Shown here: piece by piece, positions 1 to 11,660 of the stretch
How positions within the stretch are numbered: the first letter of the stretch is position 1
Layout of the letters: the number at the start of each line of letters is the position of its first letter
Origin: Lytechinus variegatus
Lineage: Eukaryota
DNA length: 64,000 nt
Assembly (NCBI RefSeq): GCF_018143015.1
Contig: NC_054742.1
Coordinates: 73,577,736 to 73,641,735, forward strand
Reading direction: 5' to 3'
Made by a program: the position numbers and the translations under genes
Notes under the pieces: model-generated
Told to the model about the DNA's origin: nothing
The model's database searches: none
What the model saw: only the letters and a program-made list of their open reading frames with translations

Positions 1-112
1 TCCTTTCATGAAACGCCACCCCCCTGAACGAACATTCTCACTGTCATGACCCCCCCCTGATTGATATGCACAATCATCTTCTTGCTAAATTATTTGGTTT
101 AAAGTTATTATT

Positions 113-706
113 AAAGGAGAAGTCCACTGGTTCAAAGAGGTTATTTTTAATAAATGAGGAAAATCCAACAAGCATAAAACTGAAAATTTCATCAAAATCG
201 GATGTAAAATAAAGTTATGACACTTTAAAGTTTCTCTTAATGTCACAAACACTTGTATGCACATCATGGTGCAAATGAGGAAACTGATGACGCCATCCAC
301 TCACTATTTATGGTATATTATTACATGAAAATGAAATATTCTAATTTTTCTCCTCATTGTCAAATAAAACAATGATTAATTCCTCCCTGAACATGTGAAA
401 TTAGCATTGCTTAATACTATATGGTTCAGTCAAATTGGTCCTTATTGTTAAATCTGTAAAAAAAATGAAATACTGTATAATTCAACCAATAAAAAAAAAG
501 AAACAGTGAGTGAAGGACATCATTGAATGTCTCATTTGCATGTCACAGAGTTGTGCATATCACTATTTTGTGAAATATAAACAAAACTTTAAAATGCCAT
601 AACTTTCTTAATTTACATCCGATTTTGATGAATTTTTCAGTGTTATGCTAGTTTGATTTTTCTCTATTTATTCTAATCAACTTTTTTGGGGGTGGATTTG
701 ACCTTT
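113..706. mobile_element. foldback MITE family A (PIF/Harbinger-like, ~600 bp), copy 1
   Basis: Terminal inverted repeats are AAGGAGAAGTCCAC ... GTGGATTTGACCTT. The arms (~250 bp) are a long near-perfect inverted repeat (catcaaaatcggatgtaaaataaag ... ctttaaaatgccataac...tacatccgattttgatg). Flanks are tTA|AAGG...CCTT|TAa. Confidence 0.75.
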
Positions 707-932
707 AATGAAACCTTCCAATATGCTGCTTGATACCTCCAAATATGAGGCATAATGACAGTGTACAAATACACAGAGGAAGCCATTGAATTGACTGGTA
801 AATGACACAATATAATTGACTTCAAGACATGATAAAGTCATCATTCATATTGATATGCATGTATTATTTGATATCTTCAAAAGTGAATTCAGATCAGCCA
901 CAAACTTCAAAGCCTTTGAATTTTCCTTTCAG

Positions 933-1035
933 AATCCCACCTACAAGCCTCCTGCATCCTAAGTGTAATGGAGTCATAACATGTTGTACATTCAGCCCAA
1001 GCGGAGATAGGCTGGTTCTAGGAACAAGAGATGCT
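933..1035 (+). CDS. WD40-repeat protein, exon (partial gene; first exon visible in window)
   Basis: Acceptor ttttcctttcag ends at 932 and donor GTGAGT starts at 1036. The open frame encodes IPPTSLLHPKCNGVITCCTFSPSGDRLVLGTRDA, a WD-repeat blade motif (FSPSGDRLVLG). The exon ends in phase 0, consistent with the next exon. Confidence 0.6.
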
Positions 1036-1834
1036 GTGAGTACTTCATTTAGAAAAAAAAATAATGAAAGTTGCAGTAAAAATAAAAATAATCATTTTGA
1101 ACTTTTGAATTTCTTTTCATATTTAGGAGAAAAATGTCATGAATAATGATGTTATGCTACAAAGAATTGCTCTTCCCGTTCAGTACCCTCAGAGTCAAAA
1201 TATAACAAATGATTGGTGAACTGTTTGGCTGACAATTTTGGTGTAGTCCATACATGGTTATCCATGTGCAGTGCATGTGACCAAAGATTTGCTTCTTAGA
1301 TGCATTATAAATTACACAATCACTGTAAGAGCGTTTTATCCATTATTAGAATTCATTATTTGAATGATATATTCTCTTTGATATCATTACATCATGATGA
1401 TTTATAAATAAAGTTGTAAACCACCTCTGAAAGAATTCTGCAATTTCAAGCAGGATCCATGTACATTCTAATGTTAAATCATTTATTCTGTCTTATGTCT
1501 GAGTGTTCCATTATTACATTTACATTTCTTTCCTTTATTTTCTTTATGATGATTGTTTTTGGTGGAATAAAACTGGCGAGAACAGTTAAGAAAAAGCAAG
1601 TCGTCTATCTGAATAAAATCAGCTTTTGAGAACTGAAAATCACGTTTATTGTATGTGCTGTGAGCCAAGAAATAACAAATATTTATAAAATATAGTGTTT
1701 TATGTATTTTTTCATGTATACTCATTCCTCATTCATCTTCAGACTGCAAGGAATATTATTTAATTATTGAGTAAACTCCATTAGTTATTTCAATTATTCT
1801 TTGATATTTTCCATTATTTTGTTTTTTATTTCAG

Positions 1835-1954
1835 ATGTTGTTTGTTTACGAAGTATGGGAATTAAATTCAGAATCTCAGCCTGTCCTTCATCTTGATAAC
1901 TGTCACAAAGATTGGATCAATTCATGTGCTTGGTCACCAGCCACCAATGTCTTG
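1835..1954 (+). CDS. WD40-repeat protein, exon
   Basis: Acceptor ttttttatttcag ends at 1834 and donor GTAAAT starts at 1955. The exon is 120 bp with no stop and encodes MLFVYEVWELNSESQPVLHLDNCHKDWINSCAWSPATNVL (CAWSP, WD-like). Phase is 0 to 0. Confidence 0.6.
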
Positions 1955-2173
1955 GTAAATATTCAGATATTTATATTATATTGAATGACTCAGAATGGGA
2001 TACCAGTGATGTTCCACAAGTTAGGGCCAATAATGCAAGACTCATAGACGATGGCAATATTACATTATTTGATTGTTGTCATTATTTTTGATAGCCTAGA
2101 TCGGGATACTGGTGATATTCCACGAGTAAGGGCCATTATTGCATGAATTATACATGAGTGCAATATTATTGTT

Positions 2174-2317
2174 ATCATCATCTTCATTATCTTCATTATC
2201 ATATTTATCATCATCATTGTTTCATCATCACCTTCATCATCATCTTCATCATTACCATCACCATCATCTTCATCATTACCATCACCATCTTCATCATCAC
2301 CACCATCATCATCATCG
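2174..2317. repeat. imperfect (ATC)n / (CATCAT) microsatellite, intronic
   Basis: The sequence shows direct runs of catcatcttcattatc...caccatcatcatcatc. Confidence 0.85.
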
Positions 2318-2355
2318 TTTATTATCTCAATCTTCCATTTATTTTACGCCTGCAG

Positions 2356-2463
2356 GCCACTGCATCCAACGATTCTACCATTAAACTATGGGACATGAAA
2401 ACAGGAAAGGTCAAATCTCACCTCAAAGGTCATCAGGCAGCTGTCTACTCGGTTGCCTTCTCT
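2356..2463 (+). CDS. WD40-repeat protein, exon
   Basis: Acceptor cgcctgcag ends at 2355 and donor GTAAGT starts at 2464. It encodes ATASNDSTIKLWDMKTGKVKSHLKGHQAAVYSVAFS, a canonical WD40 signature (SxDxTIKLWD ... GH). Phase is 0 to 0. Confidence 0.75.
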
Positions 2464-2864
2464 GTAAGTTATTAACTTTTATATATTCCTCTTCAATCTC
2501 TGTATTTATACCTTTTTTTTTCTTCAAAGTTTGAAATATGCAGATGTGTAGCTTTTGAGCCCTGTGCAGTTGTGTTGTGTTATAATGTACATGTTTAACC
2601 CTGATTCGAAATTCCATTGTAACTTATAATTGGATGATTCCATAAGTTTCGCTTCGATGGCAATTGCGCTGCTATAACTTTCACACTCTGATTGAATGAC
2701 TAACTTCAACCCTGGGTTTAACACTATACCCTATTCTTAACCTATCATAAGACCCATTTGCAACCATATTCCAAACCCTACATCTTTGATTAAGTAAAGT
2801 CCAGAGCAGTTGTCGCAGGAGCAATTGTGTGTCACCGTTGGGTAGGTACTTTCCAATATTCGAT

Positions 2865-3150
2865 GTGGAACGTTGTGGCCCAGTGTCTCCGGACTTTGAG
2901 TCAGAGGGTTGTGGGTTCGAATCCCAGCCATGGCGTAATTTCCTTTGGCAAGAAATTTATCCACATTGTGCTGCACTCGACCCAGGTGAGGTGAATGGGT
3001 ACCTGGTAGGAAGAAATTCCTTGAATACTCAAGCACCCGATCAAGGTAGCCATGCTAAAGCTGGGGTAAAAATGATAGCAGGGCCCGCTGGGAGAACAGT
3101 TTTGGGAACTGAAGCGGCTACCCTGGGTAAATTTGCCTTTATTATTATAA
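2865..3150 (+). mobile_element. tRNA-derived SINE, copy 1 (intronic, sense to the WD40 gene)
   Basis: It has a tRNA-like head (gtggcccagtg...gggttcgaatcccagccatggcg) and a conserved body (tttatccacattgtgctgcactcgacccaggtgaggtgaatgggtacc). The tail is A/T-rich (attattataa). Confidence 0.8.
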
Positions 3151-3929
3151 ACCTCTCTAAATTACCATTTTAGGGAGACATGAAAGGCGGTCTTTTTGAG
3201 CAGGTGGACTATATGGACAGGTTCCTTTTACATATGTTTCAATGGGAGAGATTATATAAGGGAAACCAAACTTGTGGTCTTTAAAGATGAGTAGTCCTTC
3301 TGTACAGGTGGTTTGCTGAAGTAGGTTTGACTGTTAACGGGTAGATTTGAAAAATTCATTGATGTCTTGCTATGACTCCTCGTAACACTTCTCCAATGCC
3401 TGAATGCAGCATTAAATCCTTGTTCAAACAAAAAAGATGGAGCTTAGCAAGACGAGTCTACCTGATCATACATGTTAATATTCAATTTTGAAGTCTGATG
3501 GGGCATTGCAAGGAACTTGCGATCAATTGCAAGTATATTTTGGTCTCTAATTGAATCATAAGTTTTGAAATTAATTGTGAATTTGCCAATGATTTCTTAT
3601 CTGTTTGTGAAACAAGCAGTGTAATCGAATTTGCTACAGTTGAAATTGATCTATCGATTGTTAGCTTGCAACAGAATATTTGCAATTGATTGCTAGTATT
3701 CTCTTACAACACCCCCTAAAAAATGATTCAAACTTGCCCATATCAGCTTTGACAAGTGAAATCTGCCATTTAGGATAGGCTTTAACAGGCTGCTTGTATT
3801 TTCATTTTCCAGGGCTATTTTGTTCATTTTGGGGGACATCACCCCGAACCCCCATGCAATTGTTTTCCCTGGTCTGAAGTAGCCATCGGGGAAGTAACCA
3901 TATTTTTACCTTTGATGAATCTTTTGCAG

Positions 3930-4080
3930 CATGGGTGTGTTGTATCGGGATGCCTGGATGCATCGGTCAAGGTCTGGTCTCATCGTGGTGTGGAGATCAC
4001 CACTCTCTATGGTCACTCACAGAAGGTCAACAAGGTGGACATTCATATACCAGAAAGAGGAAGCAATGTTCCTGCAATAG
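3930..4080 (+). CDS. WD40-repeat protein, exon
   Basis: Acceptor cttttgcag ends at 3929 and donor GTGAGT starts at 4081. It encodes HGCVVSGCLDASVKVWSHRGVEITTLYGHSQKVNKVDIHIPERGSNVPAI, which continues the previous blade (VYSVAFS|HGCVVSG..VKVW). The exon ends in phase 1. Confidence 0.7.
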
Positions 4081-4636
4081 GTGAGTGAAATGGTTTTGTT
4101 GATGTGTTTGAAGAGCAAGTCCAAGCAAAAATTTGACTTGAACGAAAAGAGAAAAATTAAAACTCGCCTAATGCTGGAAATCACACCAAAAATCAGAATT
4201 TCAGAGCTACCAACCAGTAGGTTTGGGGTATATTTAGTACAGTTTCTTTTTCTTTCTTTTTTTACAAAATTGTAATTTATTGCGTAAAATCATCTCTATG
4301 TTTCTATTTCATAAAACTTACACAAATATGGTTATTGGATCAATGTATTTTCAAGGTGACTTGTTTTTTTTAACATCATTTTGTTTAAACCAGGGTGAGA
4401 TATACATATGTTTTAAATGTTGGGTTTTTTTCTCATCTACAAGAGCAGTGCTCATTTTAGCTTGCATGCAGCTTGAGCGCCGCTATGAGCACGCGTCACA
4501 CATTTTATTATGAAATACAGTTTTTTGGGGGAAAAATAGAGATTTTTTTTATCACTTAATACAATTTTTCATTCCCAGAAGTTGACAGGTCTGGAATTTG
4601 AGTAAGGTTGAGCTATGACTATTCAATTTCATGGAA

Positions 4637-5668
4637 TTGATGATGATGAGGAAGGTGATGATGGTGGTGGTGGTGGTGGGGTGGTGGTGATGATGGTGGT
4701 GATGCTGATGATGGTGGTGGTGGGGTTGGTGGTGGTGGATGGTGGTAATGATGGTGGTGGTGGTGGGGGTGGTGGTGGTGGTGGTGGTGATGGTGGTGAT
4801 GATGATGATGGTGGTGGTGGTGGGGGGTGGTGGTGGTGGTGGTGGTGATGATGGTGGTGGTGGGGTGGTGGTGGTGGTGGTGATGATGGTGGTGGTGGTG
4901 GTGGGGTGGTGGTGATGATGATGGTGGTGGTGGTGGTGGTGGTGGTGTGGTGGTGGGGTGTGGTGATGATGATGGTGGTGGTGGTGGGGGTGGTGGTGGT
5001 GGTGGTGGTGGTGATGATGGTGGTGGTGGTGGGGGTGGTGGTGGTGGTGGTGGTGGTGATGATGGTGGTGGTGGTGTGGTGGTGGTGGTGGTGGTGATGA
5101 TGGTGGTGGTGGGGTGGTTGTGGTGGTGATGATGGTGGTGGTGGTGGTGGGGGGGGGGTGGTGGTGATGATGATGGTGGTGGTGGTGGTGATGATGATGG
5201 TGGTGGTGGGGGGTGGTGGTGGTGGTGGTGGTGGTGATGATGGTGGTGGTGGGGGTGGTGTGGTGGTGGTGGTGGTGATGATGGTGGTGGTGGGGTGGTG
5301 GTGATGATGATGGTGGTGGTGGTGGGGGTGGTGGTGGTGTGGTGGTGGTGATGATGGTGGTGGTGGGGGTGGTGTGGTGGTGGTGATGGTGGTGGTGATG
5401 GTGGTGGTGATGGGGGTGGTGGTGATGATGATGATGGTGGTGGTGGTGGGGGTGGTGGTGTTGGTGGTGGTGATGGTGGTGATGATGATGATGGTGGTGG
5501 TGGTGGGGTGGTGGTGGTGGTGGTGGTGGTGATGATGGTGGTGGTGGTGGTGGTGGTGATGATGGTGGTGGTGGGGGTGTGGTGATGATGATGGTGGTGA
5601 TGATGATGATGGTGGTGGTGGTGGTGGTGGTGGTGATGATGGTGGTGATGATGATGAGGAGGATGACA
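4637..5668. repeat. about 1-kb (GGT)n/(GAT)n minisatellite, intronic
   Basis: There is about 1 kb of GGT/GAT trinucleotide repeats with occasional GGGG runs. It lies in the intron between the exons at 3930..4080 and 5743..5930, so the minus-strand His/Pro/Thr ORFs are artefacts. Confidence 0.9.
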
Positions 5669-5742
5669 AGATTTATGATAATTATGAAGATTAATACGAT
5701 TGTCTAAACTTAAATAACAATGGTCTCTTCTATCACTGGTAG

Positions 5743-5930
5743 ATGTCGATAGCGATGATGAGTGGGACGACACGTCTGGAGCCAACTGGTCAGATATGAT
5801 GGCAGAAGAAGAATGGAAGAATCGTCATGAGAAGAAGAAGTTGGACAAAGATGCTAATATCAACCTGGAAGAGATAATGATTGCGTCGGCCAGTGATGAT
5901 GGTACCACACAGTTATGGAAACCCCTACAG
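5743..5930 (+). CDS. WD40-repeat protein, exon (acidic insert plus WD blade)
   Basis: Acceptor tatcactggtag ends at 5742 and donor GTTAGG starts at 5931. Entering in phase 1, it reads (D)VDSDDEWDDTSGANWSDMMAEEEWKNRHEKKKLDKDANINLEEIMIASASDDGTTQLWKPLQ, ending in the WD motif SASDDGTTQLWK. Exit phase 0 restores the frame. Confidence 0.65.
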
Positions 5931-6139
5931 GTTAGGTTCTGTGAAACCATATGTCTTCAAAATGTGTTTTTTTTTAATCTTGATTGATGAGATATGTAGC
6001 CAGTTTCTGACTTTTCAGATTTATCTCTCTTGTCTTAACTTCAATTTACACTCTTTTTATATCTTCAACTATATCCCTTTATTTCCTTCCATTATATTTA
6101 TAATTCTCAAAAATTTCAGTTTCTAAGGTTCATCCCAAT

Positions 6140-6490
6140 TTCCTGATTTTTTTTTTCTCTCTTTAGTATTATTTTTTTCATTCTTCCATTTTTTCATCTT
6201 CTTCTTGTTCCCTACTTCCTATTCCTTTCTTTTTCTCCTATCTACTCCTCTTTCTAATCCTTCCTTCTCTTTCTTTTCATCCTTTTTTTCATTTTCTTTC
6301 AATCTTTTCCTCTTCCACCTTCCCTGTCTCCTGTTTCTATTCCCTCTTCTTCTTTTCCTTCACCTCCTTCCCTTATTCTTATCAAAATTCTTTTTCCCTT
6401 TGATTGTCTTTTTCCTCTTCTCTATTTACTCCTCATTTATCTTTTCCCTTTTTTTCCACCTTAATTTCTTCTTCATTCACTTTACTTATT
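6140..6490. repeat. polypyrimidine (TC-rich) low-complexity tract
   Basis: The + strand is almost entirely T/C (ttccttctctttcttttc...) over about 350 bp and is intronic. Confidence 0.85.
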
Positions 6491-7581
6491 CTGTTTACAT
6501 TGATTAAAAATCTCCTTGCTTATTGAATCTTTTTCTCCAAGGTCTCAAATTGGGCTTCTTTAGTTGGATCTGACAAGGAGAATATCATGAATTATAATTC
6601 AGGCAATACTGTGAGTCTCTGCCTTCAAAAACACATGGCAAATTATATGTGCATGCTTACATGCGCTTGCACTCCGATATTATTTTGCCTCTCCAGGCTT
6701 GACTTGGCCATATATTTTCGAACTTGCCCAATGTTGTTAACATTTCTCAGCAATTAGCTGTTCGGAACTTGAAAATCTGTGGTTTCTAAATGTTTTCTAA
6801 TTTCTGACATCGATTTGACAAAAGATTTCTGACATGACCCAACTCGAGTATCTTCAGAACATGCTCTCCAGAGCAAATTTCATGATACTTGCCTCTTATT
6901 ACCACAGCTTTTCTTTCTTGGAGCATTGTTGTACTTAGCATGTATTTATGTGTTGTATACTGACGCTTCATGTAGGTCATTTTTCTTTAACACCTTCTGG
7001 TCTTATGGAAAGGACAGGAAATGCATCAATTTTTCATGATTTTTTTTAATCTGATATAGATTTAATGGTCATATATCATCAAATCACATGTATCAGCATC
7101 ATATCATTACAGTAACATTCATTGCATGAATGTGTTTTAGTTGCAAAGTGTGAATGCTTTTTTTTGGGGGGGGTAGGGATAAAATTACACCCATTATGTT
7201 TTCTTAAGACCACCGCACACCTCTCAACTTGTCTATGACCCAATTTTAGAACAAATAGCATTTTGCTTTTTAAAAACATGAATGAATTGAATCTTTTAAG
7301 AAAACTAAGATTGAAATTTTGGATACTTGCAAGCCTTTATTTTGGAATAAAGGCTAGATATGTTTCATATCATGGTCGGTCTTACGATTTTTATGACGTT
7401 AAGTGTTCCATGTGTCAATATTTGCATCAAATATTACATTTCATTCTAAGATTGGACCGCAGACCAATCGTAAGGTTTGCTGTGGCCTCTACATGTACAT
7501 GTATATGTAAAGTGTTCTGTGTTTGTTCAGTATTTTCTGTACAATATTATTCAACCTAATGTTTCCCTCTTGACCTTGCAG

Positions 7582-7701
7582 AGTAATGAATTGACCACGC
7601 TGATTGGTCACTCAGACCGGGTGTTGAGTGTTGCTATGGCAACCAGCGGTCAGGTGGTCACTACCTCCATGGACTGCACAGTCAAGATTTGGAAGCCCCA
7701 G
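7582..7701 (+). CDS. WD40-repeat protein, exon
   Basis: Acceptor cttgaccttgcag ends at 7581 and donor GTATGT starts at 7702. It encodes SNELTTLIGHSDRVLSVAMATSGQVVTTSMDCTVKIWKPQ (GH...D.TVKIW). Phase is 0 to 0. Confidence 0.75.
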
Positions 7702-8504
7702 GTATGTTATTCCTCAAAGCCATTTTTTTGAACAAATACATGTATTTCAAGACAATCGTCAGTTACTTACTAAATGTATTCTCTGTTGATGTATTATTCA
7801 AACATTTGTGATTAGGTGGGTATTTCATTAAGCTGTTTTTTAGTTCTGAAAGAATTTAAATGCTGGTACGAGAATAACTGAATTGAATTGAGAAAGCTTA
7901 GTGTTATTTTGTGTTCAATTTTAGTTAATTACATGCTTAGAAATCATATTGAGCAGCAAAATTTCTTTTTTAATTGTTGATCCACGTTGTCAGTTGATTT
8001 CGCGTGAAATCAAACAAAAAATAATCATATTCCAATGATAAATTTAGGAAGATGGCCGGGAAAACCTATATTGTTTATTATTAACCGAATCAGACCTCTG
8101 AGCAGGGCAACTTTGATACATTGTTGCCTGCTTAGACCGGATCAAATGGCCGGTCAATAAATTTCCAATTGTTTATCCATGGGCCCAATTTATTGCCCGC
8201 TCAGGAACGTCAATGAGAAAATGCGTGGAAATGTAGCGGGCAATAAGGCAGAGTTAACATCCGGTATTCTACGTGTTTTGATACGCGTCCTTAAACCATG
8301 CAGTGGTAATACGTCACAATGTTTAACAAGTTGAGACACCGCCGGATACTGCGTCCCCAGTCCAGGGACGCGTCATTTCAACTACATCACAATGTTAAAA
8401 TTCAGTGGCCCAGTCTGCTCTACATAACAAAATAGATTCCCATTCTTAAAATCTGAAATATCTCAATTTTAAAGATTTTTGCTTTAGATGTCTTATTTGG
8501 TTAA

Positions 8505-8635
8505 TAATAGCAATATTGACTGGCCTGGGGGCGAAAGGACATATATTGCCCTCACTAAATTGATGTCACCCTCATCTGCAACTCGGGCAATATATGTTGT
8601 ATCACCCCGAGGCCAGTCAATATTGCTTTATTGTT
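8505..8635. mobile_element. small palindromic MITE (~130 bp), intronic
   Basis: The inverted repeat is taatagcaatattgactggcctgggggcgaaaggacatatattgccc ... gggcaatatatgttgtatcaccccgaggccagtcaatattgctttatt. Confidence 0.6.
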
Positions 8636-8680
8636 TTTATTTATTCTTATTATAAATCACCTTCTTTTCTTTTCGAACAG

Positions 8681-8775
8681 CTTTCTCCCGACCTCGTCCA
8701 CGTAGGAGCCCACGATGCCGAGGTATCAGCCGTTGCCATGTCAACCAAGACTAACTTTGCCGTCACTGCAAGCAG
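8681..8775 (+). CDS. WD40-repeat protein, exon
   Basis: Acceptor ttttcttttcgaacag ends at 8680 and donor GTCAGT starts at 8776. It encodes LSPDLVHVGAHDAEVSAVAMSTKTNFAVTAS(R). The exon ends in phase 2. Confidence 0.65.
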
Positions 8776-9553
8776 GTCAGTGCCCTGTTTCATAAAGCAT
8801 TGTGATCCATCACAAATTTTTTCAGCCAATCACATGTCATCATTTCACAAGCTTATAGAATTTCATGTTTTAACTTTTATTTATAATTTTTTTGTATAGC
8901 ATGGTTTGGAAAATATTGCAAATCGATGGCTTTGAAAACCATTATTCAGTGAAATAGTCTGTAACTAGTGTAACTTCATATTTTTATGGAGATTATGCCT
9001 TTACATGCTTCTGTTTTGAAGTACGTCCTTACCTTTCCCCGTAATCCCTCCATCCCTTGAATGCTGTGTATTATTACTAATAGTATTATTTTGATTATAT
9101 AATTTTTGTTATCAAGACAATAACTTCACTGTAGAATCAAATGATGTTCAATCCACTCATTCGTAAGTGTTGTGTGTCACAGTTGCTCTGAATAGCGTGG
9201 TCTCATAAAAGTGTATACAAATTACAAGGAGTGACTGAGTGGTCATTTTGTCCATTTAAATAACTTGTCCGTAGGAAAACTCGGGAACCATGAGAAGGAT
9301 CAACTGCAAACTATTCTCATAAGTGCATATTGGAATGACAATGATTTGGGGTGCAGGTGATTTAACTATACTTGGATTTCTTCCCAAATCCATTATCATT
9401 TATCATTTAAAATAAAATTCTAAAAAAAATGTATTTACATCTCATAATTCTCCAGTGCTGTTTACAATAAATTGTGGCAGCTCTTGCTTCTGTCCCTCAT
9501 TTATATATTTATCTAACATCAACTTTTTTGTTTGTGACATCAGGAATGGCAGT

Positions 9554-9625
9554 GCTTGTCTATGGAAGGTGAATGGGTCTAACAAGGGAGAAGGCCAATC
9601 AATGACACTCCTTCATTCATGGATG
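9554..9625 (+). CDS. WD40-repeat protein, exon
   Basis: Acceptor tttgtgacatcag ends at 9553 and donor GTAAGT starts at 9626. Entering in phase 2 it completes R and reads NGSACLWKVNGSNKGEGQSMTLLHSWM. Joined to the previous exon it gives AVTASRNGSACLWK, a WD blade end. Exit phase is 0. Confidence 0.65.
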
Positions 9626-10376
9626 GTAAGTAAAACAAAATATTATCCTTTCATTTACCATCTTACTGTTGTTGTTTTATCCAAAAATTACATATCTTCC
9701 AGCTGTTCCAATGAAATAGGAATATTTTTATTTTTGGTACATGTAAAGGTAAATTGCCATTTTAATCTTTTTTTTTTTTTGCTATTCTGTGTGATTTTTA
9801 TGTAGCATTGAATGGGAAATTCACGAATGTTCATAATTCTGGAAAGTTTTTAGTAATTTGTTTCCATTTCTTGGCATTCAGGATTTGCAGGTATGAGTTG
9901 ATCAGAGTTACCTTAACAGGCATGATATTCTCCTGATTGTTAATCGGATATCTGATTTTTTTTCTTTTTTCCTGTTCATAGTCAATGACCACAATGTTTT
10001 TGTGATTTCATTTTGTAATAAACGATCATGTTTTGAAAAACAAACAATTTGTTGGGGTTGAATTATTTTCGGTCGATGTATAGCTGTGAGAGATACAGTC
10101 ATATGTTTTATGAAGGGACATTAACATGAGCGGGTGAGAAGCTGGTACCATGGTTTGTGTAGAAATGCATTGTGTGTGTGCGCTCAGGGGTGTGTTGGAT
10201 TTTATTTTGGCCGAATTGTAACAATGAAGGTACGCCTCTAGGCCTCGTAGTATATATTGTCGCTTGTATTGGTACTGAATTGATTGGAATAAAATAGTTT
10301 GAATTTTCATTGAAGCACAGTCCATTATGACATGGGTTTAACTCATTCCATATTCCTCACCCTCTGTCCAAACCAG

Positions 10377-10510
10377 GCTGCGGAGTGCGCCATCAATGCA
10401 GTTTGCTTCATTGGAAAGCATATGACCCTCGCCTTGGGTAAGGATGATGGCATCATCACACTTTGGAAGATACAAGAACTCAAGGACAAACCCGGATCAT
10501 ACACAACCTT
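10377..10510 (+). CDS. WD40-repeat protein, exon
   Basis: Acceptor tctgtccaaaccag ends at 10376 and donor GTAAGT starts at 10511. It encodes AAECAINAVCFIGKHMTLALGKDDGIITLWKIQELKDKPGSYTT. The exon ends in phase 2. Confidence 0.65.
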
Positions 10511-10597
10511 GTAAGTAATCCATGGTCTCGGAAACAAGCCAACTTCTAGGTTCTATCTATGGTGACATGACATTTGCTCCTGGCATAATTTCATCTT

Positions 10598-10979
10598 ATA
10601 CCCCTTTCATAAACCCAATTTTGCGGCTAATAGCAGCATAATTTGGTCGTAAAATTGGAGGAGGACCAGAGTTATCCGCATTATTTTGATGCTGCTATTA
10701 TCCGCATAATAGCAGCATCGGGACAAGATTTTGAGTTTATGAATGCATTTCCAAATAATGCGGATAATTGCCATGGTGCAGTCACAAGGTCACCCTTTTC
10801 CAACACAACCGCATCGGAGGGGGCGTGTCCAGTTGTCATGACGATTATCCGCCCTTTTCAGGACGGGCGCTCGTAAAAATTATGCGGCTTATTTTCGGAG
10901 TTTGTGAACGCAATTTTTATTGAATTATCCGCATTACTCTTAGGCGGCTAATTGGAGGATGGGTTTATGAAAGGGGTAT
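10598..10979. mobile_element. MITE family B (~380 bp, TIR ATACCCCTTTCATAAACC), copy 1, intronic
   Basis: The 18-bp TIRs are atacccctttcataaacc ... ggtttatgaaaggggtat. It carries internal ttatccgcat subrepeats. Confidence 0.8.
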
Positions 10980-11464
10980 TAGATGTAGGGTTAGGGTTGT
11001 AATAGGGTTTTATGTAAGGTGTCTGGGTAGGGTTAAGTGTTAAACCCAGAGTGAAAGTTTGTTCCTTTAGTGTGTGTAATTTAGAGCAGAGCAATTGTTA
11101 CGGACCACAACATCTATTTATGAACAGATATACGTGTATTTGTACTTGTATTTATAACCCACGTGGCTGATTACAATCAGTTACTAGTACTGGATTTATT
11201 ACCACAATTATTACTGGATTTGAATTTATATTTATGTTATGCTCATACATTTGTATATGATATAATTTCAATTCAGGTGAGTTTTTCAATGACCACTGTG
11301 TGTCATGGGGACCTTCCTGATTTTTTTTTTTTTTTGGGGGGGGGGAGTTCACACATGACAAATGGTTTATTATTTTGTTGACTGTTTCTGCTTCATTTGA
11401 GCATTGATGTATTTTTAGAAGGAATGACAGCCCAAACTTATCTTTTTTTTTTTTTTTTGCTCAG

Positions 11465-11632
11465 GCAAGGGAACAATCGTTTCTTGAATGTGTACTCCTT
11501 CACCTCCATGTCGAGCCCGGTGACCTGTCTCAGGTACGATGATGCTCAAGACATCCTGTACGTCGGCACGTGGAGCTCGGTTATTACCCTAAGGGGTTTC
11601 ACCTCCAATAAGATCAAACAGAATGCAAAGGG
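11465..11632 (+). CDS. WD40-repeat protein, exon
   Basis: Acceptor a long T-run then gctcag ends at 11464 and donor GTAAGT starts at 11633. Entering in phase 2 it reads (L)QGNNRFLNVYSFTSMSSPVTCLRYDDAQDILYVGTWSSVITLRGFTSNKIKQNAK. DAQDILYVGTWSS is WD-like. The exon ends in phase 2. Confidence 0.6.
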
Positions 11633-11660
11633 GTAAGTAATGCAAGGATGAAAGAATATC

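Noticed and set aside
829-1146. Full 105-aa ORF as a single coding unit
   Set aside because: Only the central part (933..1035) is bounded by a strong acceptor and donor and carries the WD motif. The remainder (N-terminal MIKSSFILICMYY..., C-terminal KKNNESCSKNKNN) is AT-rich and looks like intron read-through.
2737-3173. ORFs of 99 and 114 aa overlapping 2829..3173
   Set aside because: They lie entirely inside a tRNA-derived SINE copy. The same ORFs reappear in other SINE copies (17560..17787, 62745..62957), so they are repeat-derived and not genes.
4619-5785. 388-aa and 346-aa minus-strand ORFs encoding poly-His/Pro/Thr/Ser, plus + strand poly-Gly/Val ORFs
   Set aside because: These are pure translation artefacts of the (GGT/GAT)n minisatellite. 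They have no start context and no complexity, and they lie inside an intron of a + strand gene.
6205-6507. 100-aa Phe/Leu/Ser-rich ORF, with similar ORFs at 46765..47007 and 50563..51072
   Set aside because: These are low-complexity translations of TC-rich or GA-rich tracts.
8030-8420. Possible MITE with partial inverted repeats (attgcccgctcagg / agcgggcaat; acgcgtcc / ggacgcgt)
   Set aside because: The inverted segments are short and not terminal, and no clear element boundaries or second copy are seen. It may be degraded TE debris.
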